Positions 43,701-52,783 of a DNA stretch of 63,877 nucleotides are shown piece after piece. The translations under genes were made by a program, and so were the position numbers. This DNA is from Patescibacteria group bacterium (lineage in GTDB: Bacteria; Patescibacteriota; Patescibacteriia; Patescibacteriales; GWC2-42-12). The notes below the pieces were generated by a model. The model worked only from the letters and a program-made list of their open reading frames with translations, was not told the DNA's origin and ran no database searches. Location of the stretch: contig JAQTVB010000003.1 in assembly GCA_028707005.1 (NCBI GenBank), positions 1-63,877 of the forward strand, read 5' to 3'. How positions within the stretch are numbered: position 1 is the first letter of the stretch; the number at the start of each line of letters is the position of its first letter.

Positions 43701-44016
43701 GACTGACGGTACTATAAAATTTCAGGGCAATTCAAGTTGGTATATGATACAAACTAATGAGTCATTTAATGGCCAAAAATACCAAACCGGACAAGGCAAC
43801 TTTGTTAGATGGTTTTCCGCCAATGCCTTTAGCGGCGCTAATTACGCCAATACGCCGGTTATTGCTGTTAGCCATGTTGAAGAACCGGGCGGGATAGGCA
43901 ACACGGAAGTGCTTTTTGGTTTGTGGGAGCGCGGCTATTTATCAGCCGAAGCGGCCTACTTAAGCTACCATCGAGGCTCGGTAATGGTTATTGGCGACCC
44001 CTTAATAACAAAATAG
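40771..44016 (+). CDS. Secreted 1081-aa protein with two Ig-like repeats, FN3-like domains and a large uncharacterised C-terminal domain
   Basis: Signal peptide ...VVTAPTAQAAAS; an 81-aa repeat x2; FN3-like segments (LNFKAVVSGQSSMRLNWVDNSDNEDGFKVE). The C-terminal ~400 aa are unassigned. Confidence 0.7.
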   Translation: MHHMKSKRIFAVGIIFVTVLSMSVVTAPTAQAAASTGDLIKIAGTSSVYYLTNGKRYVFPNEQIYFSWYSDFSGVKTISKTELASYPLGANITIRPGTKLVKITTDPKVWAVAPNGELKWISSEATAATLYGADWAKRVIDMPDSFIGDYRVNGVAYGRKTDADVATSKVTTMAYPQGSLVKYAGSTDIYYINVDGSASKITSSSAFSANRFKWSDVVTAQIDKPAESAAISGKVPALVQTYTNTDQDDDIVSSLVSIAITTPATKTIYQVGDSLSVEGLAVSGKYSDQTTKILLISAANITGFNSSAPIASQTLTITYSGKTATYKVKINAASALSSIAITTPATKTIYQVGDSLSVEGLAVSGKYSDQTTKILPISAANITGFDSSAPDASQALTITYGGKTAAYTIKINAAPVVPSLNSASNVVSVFAFDEEEYNKISLSWRAASSSGGLILGGYRIYRDGSKIYDLAATANSIIDYANTSYGFNANTQYCYVVEAHDSTNQYFASSTPSCVITPQNSLVPTPTNAVATMFGPTQVKLTWDSGSQSGLSYVVQRLFIYGWRNIVNPTSETAQSFIDSDVQTGKTYQYRIFRVGDSGASGLSNVVVITVPSAAALPGAPLNFKAVVSGQSSMRLNWVDNSDNEDGFKVESFNSAANSWQLLTTQTSNWGVVYLSGLQPSTTYRLRLYAYNGFGSSLAAELTTATLSPPAAYWTAPDPAKHLLVVYNLASPESAVMKDYYLTHRPGITSANVLGVTTATTEIIDGLEYKTTIQDPVINWLQSHPDKPIRYIVLVYGMPSRTIVHLEAPYYGSGGVGQALSECLLTAGLKEGAKYHAPEINDHYASYLEYYQRFTPEYYQGTTALVTSLDTGSVDSTKAYIDKLASVYSKMAHPNVVISGQDAGILGSTYYFDDAPSGVTCPGSSCAKPGQWAKDAVLYENSQVSVVSDTINHIVDASNVRGYLSWGANGGLGAYYPTDGTIKFQGNSSWYMIQTNESFNGQKYQTGQGNFVRWFSANAFSGANYANTPVIAVSHVEEPGGIGNTEVLFGLWERGYLSAEAAYLSYHRGSVMVIGDPLITK
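41539..42012 (+). repeat. Tandem 243-nt (81-aa) coding repeat x2
   Basis: Units start at 41539 and 41782 and are near-identical (SIAITTPATKTIYQVGDSLSVEGLAVSGKYSDQTTKIL...). Confidence 0.9.
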
Positions 44017-44027
44017 ATTTTAACCTT

Positions 44028-44324
44028 ATGGACATCCAAGAACTTTTGGCTTCGGCCAAAACGCAAACCTTCGACCGCTTTGAGCGCAAGTTGAATGAAT
44101 TGGTAAGATTGAATTACCGCTTCAGCAATTTAGACGAGGCGAACCGCAAGCTGGTTTTGAGTATTATTAAAAAGCATTTGTCGGACATCCATAACGGCAT
44201 CGGCATTTCTTCTTATGTGGCGGAGCGGGAGACCTACCATCTTTATGAAAACCGCATCAAGCTGCATTTAACCGAGGAGGACATCAGGGATATTAAGGAA
44301 ATTTTGGCTTTATTTAAAAGATAA
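44028..44324 (+). CDS. Hypothetical small helical protein (98 aa)
   Basis: ORF taken from ATG 44028, after the stop of the upstream gene. The longer 43923 start overlaps that gene. Confidence 0.4.
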   Translation: MDIQELLASAKTQTFDRFERKLNELVRLNYRFSNLDEANRKLVLSIIKKHLSDIHNGIGISSYVAERETYHLYENRIKLHLTEEDIRDIKEILALFKR

Positions 44325-44433
44325 ACACGAAAGAAACGAAGAAAAACACGAATTAGAAAAGACGTTTCACGAAAGGGTGGAACGTCTTTTTAAGATTTTA
44401 TAGAAGATTGAATTATATTAATTATCTAGTAGG

Positions 44434-44593
44434 GCCTTGGTTAAATTTATTTAATTTTTTCGTTGCGGAACTCGCCAATCGCTAACTGTGTTAAAATCAT
44501 TCATGGCCAGACTAAATTAGTTGGAGCATAATTCACGAGCTGTAGAGGCTCAAACAATCCTTGCTTCAAAAATTAAATAAATTTAACCAAGGC
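44434..44593. repeat. 26-bp perfect terminal inverted repeats around a 108-nt core (MITE-like or long hairpin)
   Basis: GCCTTGGTTAAATTTATTTAATTTTT (44434-44459) / AAAAATTAAATAAATTTAACCAAGGC (44568-44593). Confidence 0.85.
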
Positions 44594-44621
44594 TAGGAAG
44601 TAATTCTTGAGTAGCATTAAT

Positions 44622-46055
44622 TTATTTCAGGCTATTCAAATTAACGCACAATTGATCTTGCCAAATCATCTCCGGGTAGCTTTTCAGCATGTCCCGCACA
44701 TATTTTTTCCTGGCTTCATAGGTTTTTTGGTCCGTAGCTTCAAATTTTATGGTAAGGTAGGGTCCATTTTGCGAATATCGGAAAATTATCATGCCATCGG
44801 CGAAATCAGCTCTCACTCCGTCATCGCCGGGGATGATCGTGTCATCAGTAATTTGCGCGTCCGGAAAATCATTTTTGAATTTTTTAGACAAATCCTTTAC
44901 CACCGCTACTTTGGTTTCGTCAGGGCAGCCGATTTTTATTTCCGGCGAAGAAATGTATTTCGGGAAAGTCTCATAGAGCCGGCTTAGAGTGGTATTTTTA
45001 TCGGATAAATATTCCAGGACCCTTAAGGCGGCGTAGCTGCCATCGTCGTGGCCATAGGCGTTATCGTTAAAGAAGAAATGCCCGGACAGCTCGCCGCCGA
45101 AAGCCGCGCCTTCTTCGGCGATTTTTCTTTTAATAAAGGAATGGCCGGTTCGCCACATGATGGGCGCGCCGCCATTTTTTTCCACCACTTTTTTCACCAC
45201 TTGCGAGCATAAAGTGTTGTAGATGATTTTTGAGCCCGGGAACCTTTCTAAGATTTCTTGGGAAAAAATCGCTACCAAGACGTCATTCCATAAGATTCGC
45301 CCCCGTTCATCAACGGTGCCGATGCGGTCGCCATCGCCGTCAAAGCCCAAGCCAAAATCGGCTTTTTCCGCGATAACCACTTTAGCCAGTTCCTTGATGA
45401 AATCTTCTGCTGTCGGGTCGGGCGTGCCGGCCGGAAAGCTGCCGTCGACTTTATCGCGCCGAGCAACTACTTGGCAGCCGGCGCGTTTTAAAAGTTCCGG
45501 CACATACATGCCCGGAGTGCCGTGCCGGAAATCAACGACGACTTTGAATTTTCTCTTCAGCCTGATCCTTTTCAAGACATCGTTAAAATAATCTTCTTTA
45601 ATATCGGCTGGGCTTACTTTGCCCGGCGTTTTTGGCTGATAAAAATTTTCTTTTTCCACATAGCCCCTGATTTCCTGGACTTCTTCCATCTCCGTGGTTT
45701 TGGAAAAACCCACGCCCAGTTTAAAGCCGTTGAAATTGTAAGGGTTGTGCGAAGCCGTGATCATGGCGCCGCCGTTTACCTGGAAGCGGTATTGGCCATA
45801 ATACATCATTTGCGTCATAATCATGCCCAAATCAATCACGTCCACGCCAGTAGAAATCAGGCCCTTAATAAACGCCGGCTGGTACTCTTCGCCGCTTAGA
45901 CGGCAGTCGCGGCCCACTACCGCCTGCCTGATTTTTCTCCGATGCAGGAAAGCGCCGTAAGCCTTGCCGATGGCTTCAATATTTTTCAGATTAAAATCTT
46001 GGCCGGCCATGCCCCTAATATCATAATTTCTAAAAATTAAAGGATTAATTTTCAT
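44622..46055 (-). CDS. Phosphomannomutase/phosphoglucomutase
   Basis: Active-site TASHNPYNFNGFK and metal loop GFDGDGDR. 477 aa. Confidence 0.85.
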   Translation of the reverse strand: MKINPLIFRNYDIRGMAGQDFNLKNIEAIGKAYGAFLHRRKIRQAVVGRDCRLSGEEYQPAFIKGLISTGVDVIDLGMIMTQMMYYGQYRFQVNGGAMITASHNPYNFNGFKLGVGFSKTTEMEEVQEIRGYVEKENFYQPKTPGKVSPADIKEDYFNDVLKRIRLKRKFKVVVDFRHGTPGMYVPELLKRAGCQVVARRDKVDGSFPAGTPDPTAEDFIKELAKVVIAEKADFGLGFDGDGDRIGTVDERGRILWNDVLVAIFSQEILERFPGSKIIYNTLCSQVVKKVVEKNGGAPIMWRTGHSFIKRKIAEEGAAFGGELSGHFFFNDNAYGHDDGSYAALRVLEYLSDKNTTLSRLYETFPKYISSPEIKIGCPDETKVAVVKDLSKKFKNDFPDAQITDDTIIPGDDGVRADFADGMIIFRYSQNGPYLTIKFEATDQKTYEARKKYVRDMLKSYPEMIWQDQLCVNLNSLK

Positions 46056-46219
46056 ATGGTTTTATGGATTATGCTAATTAGGCGATAAAATTTTTTGACT
46101 AAATTTATTTATAAATTTAGCCAATATTAAATTGGTTAACTAGCATATATTAGATGGTTTTAAATTAAAAAGCGATCTTTAATATCGCTTTCTAATTCTA
46201 TCAGAGTATTTTGTATTTG

Positions 46220-47341
46220 TTAAGTTTTCTTTAAGATTAGCGCAATTCCTCCCAACCCCCAAAGCATAGCCAAGAGCGAGACAATCCAGCCGATAAAGGG
46301 TATGGCAAAAATCAAATAGCTGATAACAATGCCGACTACCATGGCCAGAAGCAAAGAATCTTTATGTTTCGGCAGCAAGCTGTTTAACAGGCTGCGGCCG
46401 ATCAGAATGCCGGCGAGAATTTTGCTTACATATAAAGCGATCAGCCAGAGCGCGACCAAGATTAAAGAAAGCGGTATGCCAATGATGGTGATCAATAAGA
46501 TAATCGCCAGCGGCGGAGTCAAAATCAGAACTAAAAATCCCCAGCCCAGACTGGCGCCAACTCTTTTGAGCATTGAGTCGGTAATTTTTATTACCCCGGC
46601 GCGCCAGAAGCTGATTAAGACCAAGCCGATTACCAGGGCGGAGAAGATGGCAATGAGATTACCCCACCACCAGGCCGGCCAAAAGTCAGTTTGTTTTTTA
46701 AGCGACGGCACAGCATGGTTGACCTGGCCTTTGATCTGGGCATTAGTGGCGATAGCCGCATTTTTTTCCGCGGTGTAGCGCAAGTCGCCGTTGATTTTAG
46801 CCGTGTCGGCGACAACCAGTAGCCCATAATTGGCCGCATCAAAATTTAGATTAACATTATTATCCACCGAACCGGTTAGATTGGCTCTATCCAGGCGGCC
46901 ATACAGGTCGCGGCCGACCTTGCCTCTTAGCTCTAAGACATTGCCCATCACCAGGCAGTCCCAGCCGATATTGGCATCATTGTTGGCAATAATGGTGTTG
47001 CCCAGAAGCGTGGCATTGCGAGCCACCGAGCCGTTAAGATTGATAGTTTCGCCGATTAAGCGCACATTGCCGCCGACTTTACCGTTAATAGTAACCGATT
47101 GTCCGGCGCAAATCACGTCGCCGGCCACGTCGCCGGAGATATTAACCGACTGTCCGGCGCAAATCACGTCGCCGTCGACCTTGCCCTCGATGGTTAAGTT
47201 GGCGCCGGCGGCATAGAAGTTGCCGGTAATAGTTTCCTCTTTGCCCAAATAGACCGAGTTGCCGCTTTTTACGCTGTAAGCCGAAGCCGCCAGCGGCAAA
47301 AGGACAACCAACAAGCAGACTGCGAGTATTGTTTTTTTCAT
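46220..47341 (-). CDS. Bactofilin-like (polymer-forming, beta-helix repeat) domain fused to a C-terminal multi-TM domain
   Basis: Signal/TM MKKTILAVCLLVVLLPLAASA; repeats GDVICAGQSVNISGDVAGDVICAGQSVTINGKVGGNV; four C-terminal TMs. Start moved to the internal Met at 47341. Confidence 0.45.
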   Translation of the reverse strand: MKKTILAVCLLVVLLPLAASAYSVKSGNSVYLGKEETITGNFYAAGANLTIEGKVDGDVICAGQSVNISGDVAGDVICAGQSVTINGKVGGNVRLIGETINLNGSVARNATLLGNTIIANNDANIGWDCLVMGNVLELRGKVGRDLYGRLDRANLTGSVDNNVNLNFDAANYGLLVVADTAKINGDLRYTAEKNAAIATNAQIKGQVNHAVPSLKKQTDFWPAWWWGNLIAIFSALVIGLVLISFWRAGVIKITDSMLKRVGASLGWGFLVLILTPPLAIILLITIIGIPLSLILVALWLIALYVSKILAGILIGRSLLNSLLPKHKDSLLLAMVVGIVISYLIFAIPFIGWIVSLLAMLWGLGGIALILKKT

Positions 47342-47429
47342 AGTGTTATGGTTAAATAATAGATACTTAAATAATAACACTTTTTTGTTGTCATTGCGAG
47401 CAATGACAATTAAGATAAAGCATAAAGTA

Positions 47430-49106
47430 ATGAAAACTAAAGAACCACATAACCGCGCCAGGGCCATTAGCGAACTGCTGGGCGAGGAAATTAATTCGCG
47501 AGCCGGCCTAATGTCCGCTAAAAGAAAACTGGCCAAAAGGTACGGCATAGGCATTTTGGGCAATGCGGAAATTTTACAAGAGTATCAGAGGCGTTTGCTG
47601 GCCAGAGCGGTTAAGCGTTCGCCGGCCTTGGAAAAAACTTTGCGCAAGCGGACTGTTCGCACCATGTCCGGCGTTGCGCCGGTAGCGGTTTTGACCAAGG
47701 CCTATCCTTGTCCAGGCCGCTGCGCTTATTGCCCGACGGAGAAGAACATGCCGCAAAGCTATTTGTCCAACGAGCCGGCGGTCATGCGCGCCGTGCGCTG
47801 TGATTTTAATCCATATTGGCAGGTGCAAGACAGGCTGGCGGCGCTGGAAGCCAACGGCCATAAACCGGAAAAGATTGAATTGATTGTCATCGGCGGAACA
47901 TGGTCGGTGTTGCCCGCGGCTTATAAGTATTGGTATATTTGGCAATGCTTTAAGGCGGCGAACGAATATGGAGGGAAAATCCCAAATTCCAAATCCCAAA
48001 TTCCAAACAAATTCCAAATCCCAAATTCCAAACAAATACAAAATACTAAATACAAAATACAAGAATTTAGGCAAAAATTATTGCGGGAGCAAAAGAAGAA
48101 TGAGTCGGCTAAATATAGAATCATTGGCATCACGCTGGAAACCCGGCCGGACTATATCAATGAAGGCGAGCTGTGGCAGATGCGCGAGCTGGGTTGTACT
48201 CGGGTGGAAATCGGCGTGCAGGCGATTGATGATAAGATTTTAAAGCTGAATCGGCGCGGCCATGGCGTTTTAGCCATCGCGGCGGCGACCAAGATGCTGA
48301 AAGATTACGGTTTCAAAGTCACTTATCATCTGATGCCCGGTTTGCCCGGTTCCAGCGCCAGAAAAGATCTGGCCATGTTTAAAAAATTATTTACTGATCA
48401 GCGCTTTCAGCCGGACCAAATAAAATTTTATCCCACGGTGGTAACGCGCGGCAGTTTGCTGTACCGGTGGTGGCGAGCCGGCAAGTACCGGCCGTATTCG
48501 GACAAGGCGTTGCAGAATTTAATCGTGGAGTGCAAAAAAGCGGTGCCGCCTTACGTACGAATTATCAGGCTGATCCGCGACATTCCCAAGGAGTCAATCG
48601 TAGCCGGAAATAAAATTACCAATTTGCGCCAGATCATGAAAGACCGCGGCGCGGCTTGCCGCTGCATCAGATGCCGGGAAGCGGGAGGAAAACAATTATC
48701 AATTAAAAATTACCTGCCTACCGGACAGGCAGGCGAATTACGAATTATTAAATACCATGCGTCTGATGGCCTGGAGTTTTTTATCCAAGCGACTGATAAA
48801 AGTGGAGGAGTGCTTTATGGGTTTTGCCGGTTAAGATTAATATCTCATAGCTCCATAAAAAATGCCGCTTTGATTCGTGAATTGCATGTCTATGGCGAAT
48901 TAGTGCCGGTGGGCGCAGAGACGCGCCGCGGCGCGTCTGTACAGCACGCTGGCCTGGGAAAAATGTTAATGAAAAAAGCCGAAGCCATCGCCAAAGAGAA
49001 TGGCTATAAAAAAATAGCAGTAATTTCTGGCATAGGCGTGCGCGGCTATTATCGCAAGCTAGGCTATAAGCTGCAGCATAGTTATATGGTGAAAAATTTG
49101 GTATAA
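47430..49106 (+). CDS. elp3: Elp3-type radical SAM + GNAT enzyme (bacterial Elp3 homolog)
   Basis: CPGRCAYCP radical-SAM cluster motif, ...ITLETRPD..., and C-terminal GNAT RELHVYG...QHAGLGKMLMKKAE. It contains three repeat-derived in-frame segments. Confidence 0.8.
   Translation: MKTKEPHNRARAISELLGEEINSRAGLMSAKRKLAKRYGIGILGNAEILQEYQRRLLARAVKRSPALEKTLRKRTVRTMSGVAPVAVLTKAYPCPGRCAYCPTEKNMPQSYLSNEPAVMRAVRCDFNPYWQVQDRLAALEANGHKPEKIELIVIGGTWSVLPAAYKYWYIWQCFKAANEYGGKIPNSKSQIPNKFQIPNSKQIQNTKYKIQEFRQKLLREQKKNESAKYRIIGITLETRPDYINEGELWQMRELGCTRVEIGVQAIDDKILKLNRRGHGVLAIAAATKMLKDYGFKVTYHLMPGLPGSSARKDLAMFKKLFTDQRFQPDQIKFYPTVVTRGSLLYRWWRAGKYRPYSDKALQNLIVECKKAVPPYVRIIRLIRDIPKESIVAGNKITNLRQIMKDRGAACRCIRCREAGGKQLSIKNYLPTGQAGELRIIKYHASDGLEFFIQATDKSGGVLYGFCRLRLISHSSIKNAALIRELHVYGELVPVGAETRRGASVQHAGLGKMLMKKAEAIAKENGYKKIAVISGIGVRGYYRKLGYKLQHSYMVKNLV
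47976..48062. repeat. Word repeat (AAATCCCAAATTCCAAA...) in frame within Elp3
   Basis: It encodes KIPNSKSQIPNKFQIPNSKQIQNTKYKIQ. The word family is the same as in spacers 10271-10403 and 62690-62835. Confidence 0.85.
48693..48752. repeat. Complete word-hairpin-word spacer module in frame within Elp3
   Basis: caattatcaattaaaaattac + CCTGCCTACCGGACAGGCAGG + cgaattacgaatt. The first 21 nt are identical to the tRNA spacer at 56905-56925. Confidence 0.9.
48917..48938. repeat. Terminator-type hairpin in frame within Elp3
   Basis: The 22-mer AGAGACGCGCCGCGGCGCGTCT is identical to 24095-24116 in the uvrC/RND terminator. It encodes ETRRGAS. Confidence 0.9.
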
Positions 49107-49147
49107 TAAAAAGTGAATTATGAATTACGAATAAAAATAATAAATTT

Positions 49148-49741
49148 ATGAATTCAAAAAATATTGTTAATTTTATTTTTGAGATCAATCAGCTAAAGCG
49201 CCAGTGCCACAGCGGCTTTCAGCTAGTGGGCGTGAAAAATCCTGATAGCGTGGCCGAGCATGTGATGCGGGCGGCCCAGATCGGCTATATTCTGGCCGTG
49301 ATGGAAGGCGACGCCAACCCGGAAAAAGTGGCCGCCATGGTTTTAATCCATGACAACGGCGAAGCCAGGGTCGGCGATCAGCACAAAGTAGCGGCCAGAT
49401 ATTATGCCAAAGAAGACGCCGAAGCTAACGCTTTTTTCGATCAGTTAAAAAATTTAGGCCGGACCATTGAGAAAAAATGGGCAAAATATTTTCAAGAATT
49501 TGAACAGAGAAACACCAAAGAAGGCATAATCGCCAAAGACGCGGATTGGCTGGAGACCGCTTTCCAGGCCAAGGAATATCTGGATATCGGTTATCCATTT
49601 TTAGACGTCTGGATAAAAAATACCAGCAAGGCCCTGGAAACAAAATCAGCCAAAGCGCTTCTCAAAGCTATGGCTTCAACCAAGTTCACTGACTGGTGGC
49701 CGGCTTTGAAAAAGATGACATATAAAAAACTTTATCGGTAA
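49148..49741 (+). CDS. HD-domain phosphohydrolase (YfbR-like)
   Basis: ...DSVAEHVMRAAQIGYILA...LIHDNGEARVGD... gives the H..HD..D pattern. ~197 aa. Confidence 0.65.
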   Translation: MNSKNIVNFIFEINQLKRQCHSGFQLVGVKNPDSVAEHVMRAAQIGYILAVMEGDANPEKVAAMVLIHDNGEARVGDQHKVAARYYAKEDAEANAFFDQLKNLGRTIEKKWAKYFQEFEQRNTKEGIIAKDADWLETAFQAKEYLDIGYPFLDVWIKNTSKALETKSAKALLKAMASTKFTDWWPALKKMTYKKLYR

Positions 49742-49816
49742 AATAATTTTATGGTGTAATTTTTTTTAAATTTTTCTCATTTTTAATTCGTAATTTTTAA
49801 TTTTTAATTGACTTCT

Positions 49817-51064
49817 ATGTTTGACTATAAAAATATTCATAGCGAAGATCCGGCGGTGCTGGAGATCATCAAAAAAGAGACCAGGCGCCAGTCGGAAGAG
49901 ATGGAATTGATCGCCTCGGAAAATTATGTGTCCAAAGCCGTTTTAGAAGCCATGGCGACCGTGTTGACCAATAAATACAGTGAAGGCTATATCGGCCATC
50001 GCTATTATGGCGGCAACCAGATGATTGACGAGATGGAAAGCCTGGCCATCGAGCGCGCTAAAAAACTATTCAATGCCGAACATGTCAATGTCCAACCCTT
50101 GTCCGGCTCGCCGGCCAACGCGGCCGTGTATATGGCTTTTCTTAAGCCGGGCGACAAAGTTTTGGGCTTAAAACTTGACCATGGCGGGCATTTGTCCCAT
50201 GGCCATCCGGTAAATTTTTCCGGCATGCTGTATAATTTCACCCAATATGAAGTGGACGTGAAGACCGGCCGGATTGACATGGCCAAAGTCCGGGAGATTG
50301 CCTTGCGCGAAAAGCCCAAGATGATTGTGGCCGGCTATAGCGCCTATTCGCGCGAAGTGGAGTGGGAGAAGTTTAAAGAGATTGCTGACAAAATCGGCGC
50401 TTTTACTTTTGCCGACATCGCGCACACAGCCGGCCTGATCGCGGCCGGCGAAATGGTCAACCCAGTGCCCTTTTTCGACGTGGTCACTACCACGACGCAC
50501 AAAACCTTGCGCGGCCCCAGGGGCGCGATCATCATGTGCAAAGAAAAATTCGTGAAGCTTGTTGATCGGGCGGTTTTCCCCGGCATGCAGGGCGGCCCGC
50601 ATGAGCATATTATCGCGGCCAAAGCCGTGGCTTTTGGCGAGGCGCTAAAACCGGAATTCAAGCAATACGCCAAACAAGTAATGGCCAACGCCAAAACCAT
50701 GGCCGAGGAATTCACGAAATTAGGCTATCAGGTTATTTCCGGCGGCACGGACAATCATCTAATGGTAGTGGATATGACCAACAAAGGACTCTCCGGCAAA
50801 GAAGCCGAGAGCGTTTTGGATAGATGCGGCATTTCGGTCTCCCGCTCGACCATACCGAACGATCCCAATCCGCCCATGAATCCGTCGGGCGTGCGCTTCG
50901 GCACGCCGGCGATCACCACGCGCGGCCTCGGGCAGGAAGAAGTTAAGAAGGTGGTAACCTGGATTAATGCCGCGATTGAACACAAAGAGGAAACAGAGGT
51001 CTTGGAAAAAATCAGGGAAGAAGTAAAAGAGATGTGCCTAAAATTTCCCATACCTAGTATCTAA
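49817..51064 (+). CDS. glyA: Serine hydroxymethyltransferase
   Basis: ELIASENYVS, RYYGGN and the PLP site TTTTHKTLRGPRG. Confidence 0.92.
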   Translation: MFDYKNIHSEDPAVLEIIKKETRRQSEEMELIASENYVSKAVLEAMATVLTNKYSEGYIGHRYYGGNQMIDEMESLAIERAKKLFNAEHVNVQPLSGSPANAAVYMAFLKPGDKVLGLKLDHGGHLSHGHPVNFSGMLYNFTQYEVDVKTGRIDMAKVREIALREKPKMIVAGYSAYSREVEWEKFKEIADKIGAFTFADIAHTAGLIAAGEMVNPVPFFDVVTTTTHKTLRGPRGAIIMCKEKFVKLVDRAVFPGMQGGPHEHIIAAKAVAFGEALKPEFKQYAKQVMANAKTMAEEFTKLGYQVISGGTDNHLMVVDMTNKGLSGKEAESVLDRCGISVSRSTIPNDPNPPMNPSGVRFGTPAITTRGLGQEEVKKVVTWINAAIEHKEETEVLEKIREEVKEMCLKFPIPSI

Positions 51065-51128
51065 CTACTATCTTGTCATCCCCGCGAAAGCGGGGATCCA
51101 GGGGGAAAAAGCAGGAATAAAATTGTTT

Positions 51129-51788
51129 ATGAAACAGTGGGATAAAGCGTTTAAAAAGTATGGCAGGGTATTTTTGAAGCCTCAAGAAGATATGCTATCA
51201 GTGGTTAAAGAATTTAAGAAACATGGAACTAACAGAGTTTTGGATTTAGGATGCGGCACAGGCAGACATTTGGTATATTTAGCGAAGCAAGGATTTGATG
51301 TTTATGGCATAGACATCGCCGCGGAAGGAATCAGACAAGCGAAACAATGGCTGAAAAGCGAAAATCTTAAGGCCAGTTTAAAGATTGGGTCAATTTATCA
51401 AAGATTGCCATATAACGACAATTTTTTTGATGCTATTATTTCCACCCTTACAATTCATCATCAAAAAATTGAAAATATAAGAAAAGCAATTTGTGAAATT
51501 GAGAGGATATTAAAACCCGGCGGTTTTATATTCATAAATGTTCGTAAAAGGAAATTTAGAAAATTTTATAGCGCCGGTGAAATAGTTGAAAAATACGGTG
51601 GACAGAAAACAAACTATAAAGTAATCGCACCAAACACTTATGTTCCCGTATCCGGCGATGAACAAGGATTAACTCATTACCTTTTCAATAAAAAGACTAT
51701 CAATAAAGAATTTAGAAATTTTAAGCCAGAAATTTGGGTGGACAAAAAAGCAAGGCATTATTGTTTTTTTGGTAGACTAAAAAAATAA
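51129..51788 (+). CDS. Class I SAM-dependent methyltransferase
   Basis: Motif I VLDLGCGTGRH and post-I DVYGIDI. Confidence 0.7.
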   Translation: MKQWDKAFKKYGRVFLKPQEDMLSVVKEFKKHGTNRVLDLGCGTGRHLVYLAKQGFDVYGIDIAAEGIRQAKQWLKSENLKASLKIGSIYQRLPYNDNFFDAIISTLTIHHQKIENIRKAICEIERILKPGGFIFINVRKRKFRKFYSAGEIVEKYGGQKTNYKVIAPNTYVPVSGDEQGLTHYLFNKKTINKEFRNFKPEIWVDKKARHYCFFGRLKK

Positions 51789-51916
51789 TTCGTGCAGTTA
51801 ACTCCTGGATTGCTCCTCTGTGCCGACCTTGGCGCTGAAAAGGAAAATGGGGTGCTTTCGCCCGCCTCGACTCGCACGCTTGTCGGGCGAGGCGGGCGGG
51901 GATGACAATGCTTTAT

Positions 51917-52783
51917 ATGAAAATTATTGACGGTAAAAAATTAGCGGAAAAAATTCAAGACGACGTTGTCGAAGAAATTGTTAAGCTGAATGGCGGCCAC
52001 GCCGAGCAGGCGCTCAAGCGGCCTAATTTGGCTATTATTTTAGTGGGCGATAGGGAAGATTCAAAAATTTATGTCGCTAAAAAAGAGCGCGAGGCGAAAA
52101 AAGTCGGCATTGATACGCATCTATATCAATGCAGTGAAAAAATCAGCAAAAGCGAGCTTTTGGAAATGGTTAAATGCCTGAACGAAGATGAATTGATAGA
52201 CGCCATCTTGGTGCAATTGCCTCTGCCCGCGGCGATTGATACGGATACCATTATTATGTCCATTGATCCGGTTAAAGATGTTGACGGTTTTCATCCGGAT
52301 AATTTGGAAAAATTATTAACAAGTTGTCAGTTCGATGGTTTAATGCCGCCAGTCTTCGCCGCCGCGCTGGAAATGCTGGCTAGCATAAATTACCATATTA
52401 AGGACAAGCAGGTTTATATCATTTCCAATTCAGATATTTTTGGCAAGAGCCTGGCGCACGTGTTAAAATGCCAAGGGGCAAAAACTGCAGTGGTTAAGCC
52501 AGAAGATGCCGAGTTAACTGGAAAAATCAGTCAAGCCGATATTTTGATTACGGCCGTGGGCAAGCCGGAATTTATTAAAAAAGAGATGATTAAGGCTGGC
52601 GCGGTAATCATAGATATCGGCATCACCAAGCTAAACGACAGAGTGGTCGGCGACGTGGATTTTAACGATGTTAAAGATAAGGCCGGCTATCTTACGCCCG
52701 TGCCGGGCGGCGTCGGCCCCATGACTATCGCCATGGCCTTTAAGAATACGGTAGAGATTTATAAAAGAAGGCACAAAATATAA
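51917..52783 (+). CDS. folD: Bifunctional methylenetetrahydrofolate dehydrogenase/cyclohydrolase
   Basis: MKIIDGKKLA..., LILVGDREDSKIYV, VQLPLP and PVPGGVGPMTIAM. Confidence 0.9.
   Translation: MKIIDGKKLAEKIQDDVVEEIVKLNGGHAEQALKRPNLAIILVGDREDSKIYVAKKEREAKKVGIDTHLYQCSEKISKSELLEMVKCLNEDELIDAILVQLPLPAAIDTDTIIMSIDPVKDVDGFHPDNLEKLLTSCQFDGLMPPVFAAALEMLASINYHIKDKQVYIISNSDIFGKSLAHVLKCQGAKTAVVKPEDAELTGKISQADILITAVGKPEFIKKEMIKAGAVIIDIGITKLNDRVVGDVDFNDVKDKAGYLTPVPGGVGPMTIAMAFKNTVEIYKRRHKI

Noticed and set aside
46220-47563. The 447-aa version of the minus-strand ORF, and the 47343 start of Elp3, which overlap each other divergently.
   Set aside because: The extensions are translated from spacer sequence, including the hairpin TTGTCATTGC-GA-GCAATGACAA at 47385-47406. 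A signal-peptide-like Met at 47341 and the ATG at 47430 give sensible N-termini.
51790-51916. A possible ZTP/THF-type riboswitch upstream of folD, suggested by the GC-rich structured leader.
   Set aside because: The structure is the generic CCCGCC...GGCGGG spacer hairpin (51859-51897). I could not find the conserved ZTP (GGGUCGUG / CCGCCUGGGC) or THF motifs.
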